Origin: Candidatus Methylomirabilota bacterium
GTDB taxonomy: Bacteria > Methylomirabilota > Methylomirabilia > Rokubacteriales > DASRDR01
NCBI GenBank assembly: GCA_035550795.1
Contig: DASZOL010000017.1
Location: forward strand, 5,113 to 69,112
Reading direction: 5' to 3'
DNA length: 64,000 bases
Shown: positions 43,151-50,670 of the stretch, piece by piece
How the letters are laid out: each line of letters begins with the position of its first letter
How positions within the stretch are numbered: the first letter of the stretch is position 1
Position numbers and translations under genes: made by a program
The notes under the pieces: generated by a model
What the model was told of the DNA's origin: nothing
Databases searched by the model: none
What the model saw: the letters and a program-made list of their open reading frames with translations, nothing else

Positions 43151-45244
43151 CTATCCGATCGACGCGAGCTCGAGACGCTCGCGCCATCGGGCGAGAAGCG
43201 CCTCGCGCAGGGCGCGGTGCTCCGGGGAAGCGAGCCCCGGATCCCGCGCCACCAGCTGCGCGGCCTCGTCTCGCGCCTGCTCGAGAAGCCGGGCGTGGGT
43301 CACCAGGCCGGCCGTGCGGAACTCGGGGAGCCCGGACTGGCGCGTCCCGAAGAACTCGCCCGGTCCGCGGATCTCGAGATCGGCCTCGGCGAGACGGAAC
43401 CCATCCTGGGTCTCGGCCATGGCGTCGAGCCGCTGGCGGGCGTCGTCGGACAGGGGCTCGTTCGCGATGAGCACACAGAAGGACCGCGCCGCCCCGCGCC
43501 CAACCCGCCCCCGGAGCTGGTGGAGCTGGGCCAGCCCGAAGCGCTCGGCGTGCTCGATCAGCATCACGGAGGCGTTGGGCACGTCGATGCCGACCTCGAC
43601 CACGGTCGTCGCCACCAGGACGTCGACGTCCCCCGCCTTGAACGCCCGCATCACCGCGTCCTTCGCCTCGAACGCGAGCCGCCCGTGGATGAGGCCCACG
43701 CGGAAGTCCCGGAAGGCACCCGCCTGGAGCCGCTCGGCCATCTCGGTCGCCGCCTTGAGGTCGCTCGCCTCCGTTTCCTCCACCAGCGGGCAGACAACAT
43801 ACGCCTGCCGCCCCGCCCGGAGCTCGCTCCTGACGAACTCGTAGATCCTGGCCCGGGCCGGCTCGCGCCGCACCTCGGTCCGGATGGGCGTCCGGCCCGG
43901 AGGCAGCTGGTCCAGCACCGAGACGTCGAGGTCGCCGTACAGGGTGAGCGCCAGCGTGCGGGGGATGGGCGTGGCGGTCATCACGAGCACGTGCGGATGC
44001 TCGCCCTTGCCGCGAATGGATGCGCGCTGGAGCACGCCGAACCGGTGCTGCTCGTCCACTACCGCGAGCCCGAGGCGTTGGAGCTCGACCGTCTCCTGGA
44101 TCAGCGCGTGCGTACCCACGCCGATGGCGGCCGCGCCGCCCCGCAGCGCCTCTAGGGCCGCCTGGCGGTCGCGCGCGCGCTGGCCGGCGGCGAGCCAGGC
44201 GACCGAGAGGCCCAGCGGCTCGACGAGGGCCCGCACCGTCCGGAGGTGCTGCTCCGCCAGGATCTCGGTCGGCGCCATCAGGAGGGCCTGGCACCCCGCC
44301 TCCACGGCGGTCAGGAGCGCCATGACCGCGACGATCGTCTTGCCCGAGCCGACGTCGCCCTGGAGGAGCCGGTTCATCGGCACCGGGCGCGCGAGGTCCG
44401 ACCGGATCTCAGCCCACACCCGCTCCTGAGCGCTCGTGAGCGCGAACGGCAATCCGCGGAGGAGACGCGCCACGAGCGCTCCGGGGGGCGCGAGCGGTCG
44501 CCCATGCTCCCGGGCCTGCCGCCGGCGCCGGAGGGTGAGACCGACCTGTAACACGAAGAAGTCCTCGAAGGCGAAGCGCCGACGGGCCGCCTCGATGTCG
44601 TCCAGCCGGTCGGGAAAATGAACGGCGCGGTACGCCGCGGCGACCGGGACGAGGTCCCGGCGCCGGCGGAGCTCGTCGGGAAGGATGTCGGGGACCTGCT
44701 CCGCGTGGGCCTCGACGACCTGGTACAGGAGCGTCCGCATCGGACGCTGGAAGAGCCCCTCGGTGAGCGAGTAAACGGGCACCACGCGGCCCATGTGGAT
44801 CGAGGCCAGCTCGTCCTCCTCCACGATCTCGAAGTCGGGGCTTTCCAGGACGACGCGCCGGTCCTTGGCGAGGGCCTTCTTCCCGTAGAGAACGACCCGC
44901 TGGTCGCGCTTGAAGACCTGGGCGAGGAACCCCCGCCCGAACCAGAGGGCGGTGAAGTAGCCGGTCTGGTCTCGGAACGTCACCTGCACAGGAGCCCGCG
45001 ATCCGCGGGGCGGAGGCGCCACCCCGAACACGGTCCCCTGCACGACGCCTGTCTCCCCCAGGGGAAGCTTGTGGAAGGGCACGAACTCCCGGCGATCCTG
45101 GTAGTCCCGGGGGAAGTGATTCAGCGCGTCCCGCACGGTCGCGAGCCCCAGACGCTCGAGCAGTCGGGCGCGCTGGGGGCCCACGCCCTTGAGGTACTGG
45201 AGGGAGGTGTCGAGGCCGGCGGGGGCCTTAGCAGCCGGATTCAC
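43151..45244 (-). CDS. recG: ATP-dependent DNA helicase RecG
   Basis: ORF track 697 aa (GTG start). Wedge domain; GDVGSGKT, DEQHRFG, TATPIPRT, QLRGRVGRG. Confidence 0.9.
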   Translation of the reverse strand: MNPAAKAPAGLDTSLQYLKGVGPQRARLLERLGLATVRDALNHFPRDYQDRREFVPFHKLPLGETGVVQGTVFGVAPPPRGSRAPVQVTFRDQTGYFTALWFGRGFLAQVFKRDQRVVLYGKKALAKDRRVVLESPDFEIVEEDELASIHMGRVVPVYSLTEGLFQRPMRTLLYQVVEAHAEQVPDILPDELRRRRDLVPVAAAYRAVHFPDRLDDIEAARRRFAFEDFFVLQVGLTLRRRRQAREHGRPLAPPGALVARLLRGLPFALTSAQERVWAEIRSDLARPVPMNRLLQGDVGSGKTIVAVMALLTAVEAGCQALLMAPTEILAEQHLRTVRALVEPLGLSVAWLAAGQRARDRQAALEALRGGAAAIGVGTHALIQETVELQRLGLAVVDEQHRFGVLQRASIRGKGEHPHVLVMTATPIPRTLALTLYGDLDVSVLDQLPPGRTPIRTEVRREPARARIYEFVRSELRAGRQAYVVCPLVEETEASDLKAATEMAERLQAGAFRDFRVGLIHGRLAFEAKDAVMRAFKAGDVDVLVATTVVEVGIDVPNASVMLIEHAERFGLAQLHQLRGRVGRGAARSFCVLIANEPLSDDARQRLDAMAETQDGFRLAEADLEIRGPGEFFGTRQSGLPEFRTAGLVTHARLLEQARDEAAQLVARDPGLASPEHRALREALLARWRERLELASIG

Positions 45245-45281
45245 GGGACAGACAACCCCGCAGGCGAGCGAGGCGCCAGGC

Positions 45282-45310
45282 TTGTCTCACCTCGGGCTCC
45301 ATGGTATAGA
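45282..45310 (+). promoter_or_regulatory. candidate sigma70-type promoter of rpmB
   Basis: TTGTCT (45282-45287), 17 nt, TATAGA (45305-45310), ~80 nt upstream of the rpmB ATG in the recG-rpmB divergent region. Confidence 0.45.
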
Positions 45311-45392
45311 AGTGCGTCGCCCGGCGGCAAGCCTGGTCCTCCCGGGGCCGGCCCGGCCGCTGGAACCCATCTCTCCCGAGGAGTCCAGGAGC

Positions 45393-45584
45393 ATGGCCCA
45401 GCGCTGCGATGTCTGTGGAAAGGGCCCCGTCGTGGGCAACCGTATCAGTCACGCGCACAACGTCTCCTCGCGCCGATGGCTGCCGAATCTGGTCTCGATG
45501 CGGGCGGTCGTGAAGGGCCAGGCCAAGCGGGTACGCGTCTGCACGCGGTGCCTTCGCGGAGGCAAGGTCGTCAAGGCCGTCTGA
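45393..45584 (+). CDS. rpmB: 50S ribosomal protein L28
   Basis: Within ORF 45189..45584; ATG 45393 after AGGAG. Peptide MAQRCDVCGKGPVVGNRISHAHNVSSRRWLPNL..., 63 aa, a canonical bL28. Confidence 0.9.
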   Translation: MAQRCDVCGKGPVVGNRISHAHNVSSRRWLPNLVSMRAVVKGQAKRVRVCTRCLRGGKVVKAV

Positions 45585-45589
45585 GGACC

Positions 45590-45622
45590 GGCCGCCGGGG
45601 GTGCCAGTCCCCCCCGGCGGCC
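45590..45622 (+). terminator. GC hairpin terminator after rpmB
   Basis: 12-bp stem (45590-45601 / 45611-45622; core ccgccggggg/cccccggcgg) with a 9-nt loop. It starts 6 nt after the rpmB stop; no U-tract. Confidence 0.55.
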
Positions 45623-45679
45623 TGCGCTGACAGGAGAACGAGGGCCGGGGCTGGCTTGACCCCCGACCCGTCTCACGCA

Positions 45680-45718
45680 CTACTTCTTCTTCTTCTTCGC
45701 AGCCTTCTTCTTCGCCAC
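45680..45718 (-). CDS. candidate micro-ORF B: 12-aa poly-Lys/Ala peptide (M)AKKKAAKKKKK
   Basis: Hand-found. GGGAGGTG (45733-45726), 7 nt, GTG at 45718 (or TTG at 45721), then GCG AAG AAG AAG GCT GCG (AAG)x5 TAG. An imperfect hairpin (45642-45669) lies downstream. A near-duplicate of micro-ORF A. Confidence 0.4.
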   Translation of the reverse strand: MAKKKAAKKKKK

Positions 45719-45753
45719 CAACGATCACCTCCCTTCCTTTCGTCTTGGTCCCG

Positions 45754-45775
45754 CGAAGGGGCTGCACCCCCTTCG
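45754..45775 (-). other. stem-loop separating the two micro-ORFs
   Basis: 8-bp perfect stem cgaagggg (45754-45761) / ccccttcg (45768-45775) with a 6-nt loop. Lies 17 nt downstream of the micro-ORF A stop. Confidence 0.45.
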
Positions 45776-45791
45776 AGCGACACCACCGACG

Positions 45792-45827
45792 TTACTTCTT
45801 CTTCTTCGCGGCCTTCTTCTTCGCCAT
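45792..45827 (-). CDS. candidate micro-ORF A: 11-aa poly-Lys/Ala peptide MAKKKAAKKKK
   Basis: Seen as the C-terminal tail of track ORF 45792..45998. GGAGGTG (45840-45834), 6 nt, ATG at 45827, then GCG AAG AAG AAG GCC GCG (AAG)x4 TAA. Confidence 0.45.
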   Translation of the reverse strand: MAKKKAAKKKK

Positions 45828-45861
45828 CGTGCTCACCTCCTTCCGTCGCTCGTGAGCGAGG

Positions 45862-46914
45862 CTAGAACCCCATCGCGTCGCGACGGAGCTTCTCGGCCTG
45901 CTCTCGCCCGCGCCGCTCGTGGCCATGGAGATCCACGTAGAGCTGCGGGAGGCTGACCACCCGGAATCCGCCCTTGACGACGGGCGCATAGAAGACACCC
46001 GGGTCGTACGGGGTCATCAGGTACACCGACCCGTCGCCGTCCACCGGCTGAAGCCCCAGGGCTCGCACCAGCGCCTCGGGGTCCCCGCTCACGTAGCAGT
46101 GGACCGTCGAGACCCGCGTGTGAGGCCCAATCAGGGACGCCCCTGCGTGGAGCGTGAAGGCGTAGCTCATCCCGAGCTCGGTCGCGTGGCGGGCCAGGGC
46201 CTCCATGACCCGACGCTTGTCCCCCGCGGGAGAGACGAACGCGCTGAGGCCGTTCACGCGGTAGCTGTACGCGTCGCGCCAGGCGTCGAGCAGCTCCCCG
46301 GGACGGGCCAGGCGATACAGCCCGTCGCGGCCCCGCTCGACCCAGTCGAGCTCCTCCAGCCGATTGACGACGTTGTGGGCATGGCCGAGGCTCACGCCGA
46401 CGGCTCGGCCCAGCTCGTCCAGGCGCCACGCCCGCTCCCGTTCCACCAGGAGCGCTCGCACGACCCGCGTTGCCCGGGGCGCGAACAGGGTCTTGAGCGG
46501 GCGCCGGGTCAACCCGGCGTTGGGCCGACCTTCCTTGTGGATCAGGACGTTGTCGAAGGCCAGGTAGCAGTTGCCCGAAAGGTCCAAATAGCCGCAGCCG
46601 TTCCGTCGGACGAGCGCCGCCGACTGGGCCGTCACGTAGGGGGCGGCGACGATCGGATAGGCCCCGGGAAGGTGCGGCCGGATCTCACGAAGGCGGGTGA
46701 TCGCTTCCCGCAGGTACCGGGGCTCGCCCCGGGATCGGGTCTCGCAGATCAGGGTCTTGGTCTCCTGCCCGGGCCCCATCCGGAACCTGACGAGCACATC
46801 CACCGTCTGGTCCCCGACAGTAGCATCTAGCGACTCCTGCCATTCCGCGACTTGCGGAAAGAGCCCGCGGAGCCGCTCCGCGGCTTCCTTCTTGAATTCG
46901 ACGATCCGGACCAT
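45862..46914 (-). CDS. uncharacterised protein with central winged-helix DNA-binding domain (possible nuclease-like N-domain and AbiEi-like C-domain)
   Basis: Track ORF 45862..46932 (GTG); the ATG at 46914 (MVRIVEFKKE) is equally possible. The central segment WRLDELGRAVGVSLGHAHNVVNRLEELDWVER looks like a wHTH. N-domain has D-x(n)-E-x-(K/R)-like DVLVRF...LICETRSRG. C-terminal SLPQLYVDLHGHERRGREQAEKL resembles AbiEi-type antitoxin C-domains (from memory, weak). Confidence 0.6.
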   Translation of the reverse strand: MVRIVEFKKEAAERLRGLFPQVAEWQESLDATVGDQTVDVLVRFRMGPGQETKTLICETRSRGEPRYLREAITRLREIRPHLPGAYPIVAAPYVTAQSAALVRRNGCGYLDLSGNCYLAFDNVLIHKEGRPNAGLTRRPLKTLFAPRATRVVRALLVERERAWRLDELGRAVGVSLGHAHNVVNRLEELDWVERGRDGLYRLARPGELLDAWRDAYSYRVNGLSAFVSPAGDKRRVMEALARHATELGMSYAFTLHAGASLIGPHTRVSTVHCYVSGDPEALVRALGLQPVDGDGSVYLMTPYDPGVFYAPVVKGGFRVVSLPQLYVDLHGHERRGREQAEKLRRDAMGF

Positions 46915-46915
46915 A

Positions 46916-46981
46916 CTTTCACTTGTCCGCACATTTTCAGCGTGCGTTGAAAGCCTAGCGCGCAGTGAAAGCCCCTGTCAA
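46916..46981 (-). promoter_or_regulatory. candidate promoter with three copies of a GGCTTTCA(C/A)-type operator motif
   Basis: Minus strand reads TTGACA (46981-46976), 18 nt, TAGGCT (46957-46952). The motif occurs on the minus strand as GGCTTTCAC (46973-46965) and GGCTTTCAA (46955-46947, overlapping the -10). It occurs inverted as GTGAAAG (46922-46916), just upstream of the ATG at 46914. This is the most AT-rich patch in the local region. Confidence 0.4.
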
Positions 46982-47055
46982 GCGTAAAAACGGGGAGCAA
47001 CCACGAATAGCCGACGGCCGGGAGTCGTCGGCTCGCGGACGCTGTCCGGGGTAGG

Positions 47056-47439
47056 TCAGTCGGGCCCGTCCTCCAGCTCGTGAAGCCGGTCGTCGTCCAG
47101 GCCGAAGTAGTGCCCCACCTCGTGGACGACAGTGTCCCGGACCATCTCCTCCATCTCGTCGACAGACTCGCAGTCCTCCTGGATCGGCCCCTGGTAGATC
47201 GTGATCACGTCGGGCAGGACGTTCCCGTAGTGGGTGTCGCGGCGCGTGAGGTCTGTCCCCCGGTAGAGGCCGTAGAGCGTGTCCGGGGGCTCGATGCCCA
47301 TCTCGCCGAGGGTGTCGTCATCGGCCCAGTCCTCGACGACGACGGCGATGTTCTCGAGGCGCTGGCGGAAGCGCCGGGGCAGTCGCCTCAGCGCCCGCCC
47401 CACGAGCTGCTCGAACTCCTTGCGGCTGATCTCGACCAT
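47056..47439 (-). CDS. zincin-like metallopeptidase family protein (DUF1025-type)
   Basis: ORF track 127 aa. HEVGHYFG (HExxH) near the C-terminus, and an acidic tail. Confidence 0.75.
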   Translation of the reverse strand: MVEISRKEFEQLVGRALRRLPRRFRQRLENIAVVVEDWADDDTLGEMGIEPPDTLYGLYRGTDLTRRDTHYGNVLPDVITIYQGPIQEDCESVDEMEEMVRDTVVHEVGHYFGLDDDRLHELEDGPD

Positions 47440-47463
47440 GAGGCGGATGGCCGGGCGGACCGA

Positions 47464-49608
47464 CTACAGCCCGCGGACGCGCTCGACGCCGATCACATCC
47501 TTGATGGCCAGGATCGCGGCCATCACACCCTGGAGCTGGTCGAGGTCCCTGACCTCCACGGTGAAGTGGTTCAGCCCCTTGCGGTCCTCGGTCACCGTGA
47601 CCTCGGCCTTCACGATGTTGGCCTGGCGCGAGGAGATCGCCGTCGAGATGTCAGCGAGCAGACCGGGGCGGTCGCGCCCGATGTGCACGGCGATCTTCAC
47701 GGGAAGAGCCTGCTGGTCGACGGCCGCCCACTCCACCGTCACGGTCCGCTCACTGTCCACGGCACCCGCGGCGAGGTTCGGGCAATCCCGGGCGTGTACG
47801 GTGATCCCGCGGCCCCGGGTGATGAAGCCCACGATCGCGTCACCGGGCACGGGGCCACAGCACTTGGCGAACCGCACGAGCACGTCGTCGACGCCCTTGA
47901 CCGTGACGCCGCCCGTCTCCACCCGGGGGCGGGCCGGCTTCGGAGGCTTCGGCTCGGTCCGGGGCTCGGCCGGCGCGTCCGCCGGGAGGAACCGCGCGAC
48001 CACGGTGGAGGCCGCCAGCTTGCCGTACCCCAGCCCGGCGAGCAGATCGTCGGTGGTGGTGTACCCATGCTCGACGGCGAGCTTCCGCAGCTCCTCGGCT
48101 TCGAGGATCGTGGCCAGCGACACGCGGTGCTTCCTGGCTTCGCGTTCCAGAAGCTCGCGGCCGAGCGAGAGCGAGCGGGCGCGCTCCTCGGTGCGAAGCC
48201 ACTGCTTAACCTTCGATCGGGCCCGCGTCGACTTGATCGTCTTGAGCCAGTCACGCGATGGCTTCTGGGTCGGCGACGTGATGACCTCGACGATGTCGCC
48301 CTGCCTGAGCACGTGACGGAGGGGAACGAGCTTCCCGTTCACGCGGGCCCCGGCGCAGTGGTTGCCGACCGCGGTGTGGACCGCGTACGCGAAGTCGATA
48401 GGCGTCGAGCCCTCGGGGAGGGCCTTCACGTCGCCCTTCGGCGTGAAGACGTAGACCTCGTCCGGGAACAGGTCGACCTTGACGGTCTCCATGAACTCCC
48501 GGGGGTCCTTCATCTCCTTTTGCCACTCCAGCAGCTGACGCAGCCAGACGAAGGCCTGGTCGAGGCCGGAACGGTCCTTCTTCTCCTTGTAAAGCCAGTG
48601 CGCGGCGATCCCCTCCTCGGCGATCCGGTGCATGTCGGGCGTGCGGATCTGGATCTCCACGGGATCACCCTTCGGCCCGATGACCGTCGTGTGCAGAGAC
48701 TGGTACATGTTCGACTTCGGGATGGCGATGAAGTCCTTGAAGCGCCCGGGCACCGGCTTCCAGAGTGAATGGACCATGCCCAGCGCGCCGTAGCATTCCC
48801 GCACGGTCGGCGCGAGAATGCGGACGGCGGTGAGGTCGTAGATCTCGTCGAACTCCCGCCCCGCCTGCATCTTCTTGTAGATCGAGTAGAAGTGCTTGGG
48901 CCGGCCGGTGATCTGCACCGAGATCCCGACCTCGGACAGCTTCGTCGAGAGAATGGTGATGACCTGGTTGATCTCCGCCTCGCGCTCAAGACGCCGCTTG
49001 GCCACCCGTCGCTGGAGGTCGTCGTAGACGTCGGCATGGAGGGCCTTCAGCGCCAGGTCCTCGAGCTCCCCCTTGACCTTCGCCATCCCGAGCCGGTGGG
49101 CCAGCGGCGCGTAGATGTCCAGGGTCTCCCGGCCGATCGCCCGCTGCTTCTCGGGCGGGAGGTAGTGGAGGGTTCGCATGTTGTGGAGGCGGTCGGCCAG
49201 CTTGATCATCAGCACCCGGATGTCCCGGGCCATGGCGACCAGCATCTTGCGGAAGTTCTCCGCCTGCCGCTCCTCGCGGTTCGCGAAGGCGAGCTTGCCG
49301 ATCTTGGTGACCCCGTCGACCAGCTCGGCGATGTCGCCCCCGAAGCGCTCCACGAGAACGGCCTTGCTGGTCGCGGTGTCCTCGAGGACGTCGTGGAGGA
49401 GCCCGGCCGCCACGGTCGTGGCGTCCATCTTGAACTCGACGAGGAGCCCCGCCACCGCCAGGGGATGGATGTCGTAGGGCTCGCCGGAGACCCGGCGCTG
49501 CCCCCGGTGGACCTCCTGGGTGAACTCGTAGGCACGGCGCACGAGGTCGACATCCCCGCCTGCCTGGTAGCGGGGTATCTCGGTGAGGAGGTCGCTCAGC
49601 GTCCGCAT
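47464..49608 (-). CDS. rel: bifunctional (p)ppGpp synthetase/hydrolase Rel/SpoT
   Basis: ORF track 714 aa. HD hydrolase (HPLAVA...LHDVLEDT), synthetase (YKMQ..REF-like YKKMQAGREFDEIYDL, YQSLHT), TGS and C-terminal ACT. Confidence 0.9.
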   Translation of the reverse strand: MRTLSDLLTEIPRYQAGGDVDLVRRAYEFTQEVHRGQRRVSGEPYDIHPLAVAGLLVEFKMDATTVAAGLLHDVLEDTATSKAVLVERFGGDIAELVDGVTKIGKLAFANREERQAENFRKMLVAMARDIRVLMIKLADRLHNMRTLHYLPPEKQRAIGRETLDIYAPLAHRLGMAKVKGELEDLALKALHADVYDDLQRRVAKRRLEREAEINQVITILSTKLSEVGISVQITGRPKHFYSIYKKMQAGREFDEIYDLTAVRILAPTVRECYGALGMVHSLWKPVPGRFKDFIAIPKSNMYQSLHTTVIGPKGDPVEIQIRTPDMHRIAEEGIAAHWLYKEKKDRSGLDQAFVWLRQLLEWQKEMKDPREFMETVKVDLFPDEVYVFTPKGDVKALPEGSTPIDFAYAVHTAVGNHCAGARVNGKLVPLRHVLRQGDIVEVITSPTQKPSRDWLKTIKSTRARSKVKQWLRTEERARSLSLGRELLEREARKHRVSLATILEAEELRKLAVEHGYTTTDDLLAGLGYGKLAASTVVARFLPADAPAEPRTEPKPPKPARPRVETGGVTVKGVDDVLVRFAKCCGPVPGDAIVGFITRGRGITVHARDCPNLAAGAVDSERTVTVEWAAVDQQALPVKIAVHIGRDRPGLLADISTAISSRQANIVKAEVTVTEDRKGLNHFTVEVRDLDQLQGVMAAILAIKDVIGVERVRGL

Positions 49609-49701
49609 GTGCGCGCGTCCCGGCTGGTCCGCGGGCGCCCGCCGGGGCTTCGCCGGCCCCGGCCTGGGAGCGGCTCGACGGCCGCCGGGTAGCCCTGTAG
49701 T

Positions 49702-50649
49702 TTACCGCCCGGCCCCCGCCTTCACCACGGTCTTCTTGCCTCCCCGCTGACCCGCCTGGCTCCAGTTCTCCCAGTCCAGGATGATCGGAGCGGCCACGAA
49801 GATCGTCGAGTACGTGCCGGCGATCACTCCGACCAGGAGCACGAACGCGAAGTCGCGCAGCACCTCGCCGCCGAAAATGAAGAGCACCACCACCACGAGG
49901 AACACCGTCAGCGAGGTCAGGATCGTCCGGGAGAGCGTCTGGTTGATCGCAGCGTTGATCACGTCGCCCAGCGTCTCGCCCCGCCGGAGCCCGCGCCCCC
50001 GGTTCTCCCGGATCCGGTCGAACGTCACGATCGTATCGTTGATCGAGAAGCCGACGATCGTCAGGAGGGCCGCGAGCACCGGCAGGGACATCTCGCGGTG
50101 CGCGATCGACATCGCGCCGAGTGCGATGACCACGTCGTGGAGGAGGGCGAGGATGGCCGCCACCCCGCCCTTGAAGTCGAACCGCATCGCGGTGTAGATG
50201 AGGATGCCCACCATCCCCCACAGCACGGCCTGGACCGCGTCCCACTGGAGATCCCGCCCGACCTGCGGTCCCACGAACTCGAGGCGCCGCACCTCGAAGC
50301 CCGGGAGGCCCGCTTGCCGGAGGCCGCCGTCGATCCGCTTGGAGATCTCCTCGAGCGTGTGGCTGCCGACCGGCACCCTTATCAGGTATTCCTGGGCGTC
50401 GCCGAACCCCTGGATGATGCTCTCCCCCGCCTGGACCCGCGCCAGCGCGGCGCGGACATCGTCCACCGTCGTGGGCCGCTCGAACCGCACCTGGAGCAGA
50501 GTGCCGCCGGAGAAGTCGATGCCGTACCGGAGTCCCCCGCTGTAGGTGATGTGGGCGAGACCTATGAGGATGGCGACGGCCGAGATGACGTAGGCCCACC
50601 GGCGCCACCGGACGAAGTCAAACTGCGGGTTGACCAGGATCTGGAGCAT
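49702..50649 (-). CDS. secF: protein translocase subunit SecF
   Basis: ORF track 315 aa. GIDFSGG, and typical SecF TM topology and motifs (HDVVIALG, FSINDTIVTFDRIRE). Confidence 0.9.
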   Translation of the reverse strand: MLQILVNPQFDFVRWRRWAYVISAVAILIGLAHITYSGGLRYGIDFSGGTLLQVRFERPTTVDDVRAALARVQAGESIIQGFGDAQEYLIRVPVGSHTLEEISKRIDGGLRQAGLPGFEVRRLEFVGPQVGRDLQWDAVQAVLWGMVGILIYTAMRFDFKGGVAAILALLHDVVIALGAMSIAHREMSLPVLAALLTIVGFSINDTIVTFDRIRENRGRGLRRGETLGDVINAAINQTLSRTILTSLTVFLVVVVLFIFGGEVLRDFAFVLLVGVIAGTYSTIFVAAPIILDWENWSQAGQRGGKKTVVKAGAGR

Positions 50650-50670
50650 CTTCCTCCCGCCCCGGCAGCC

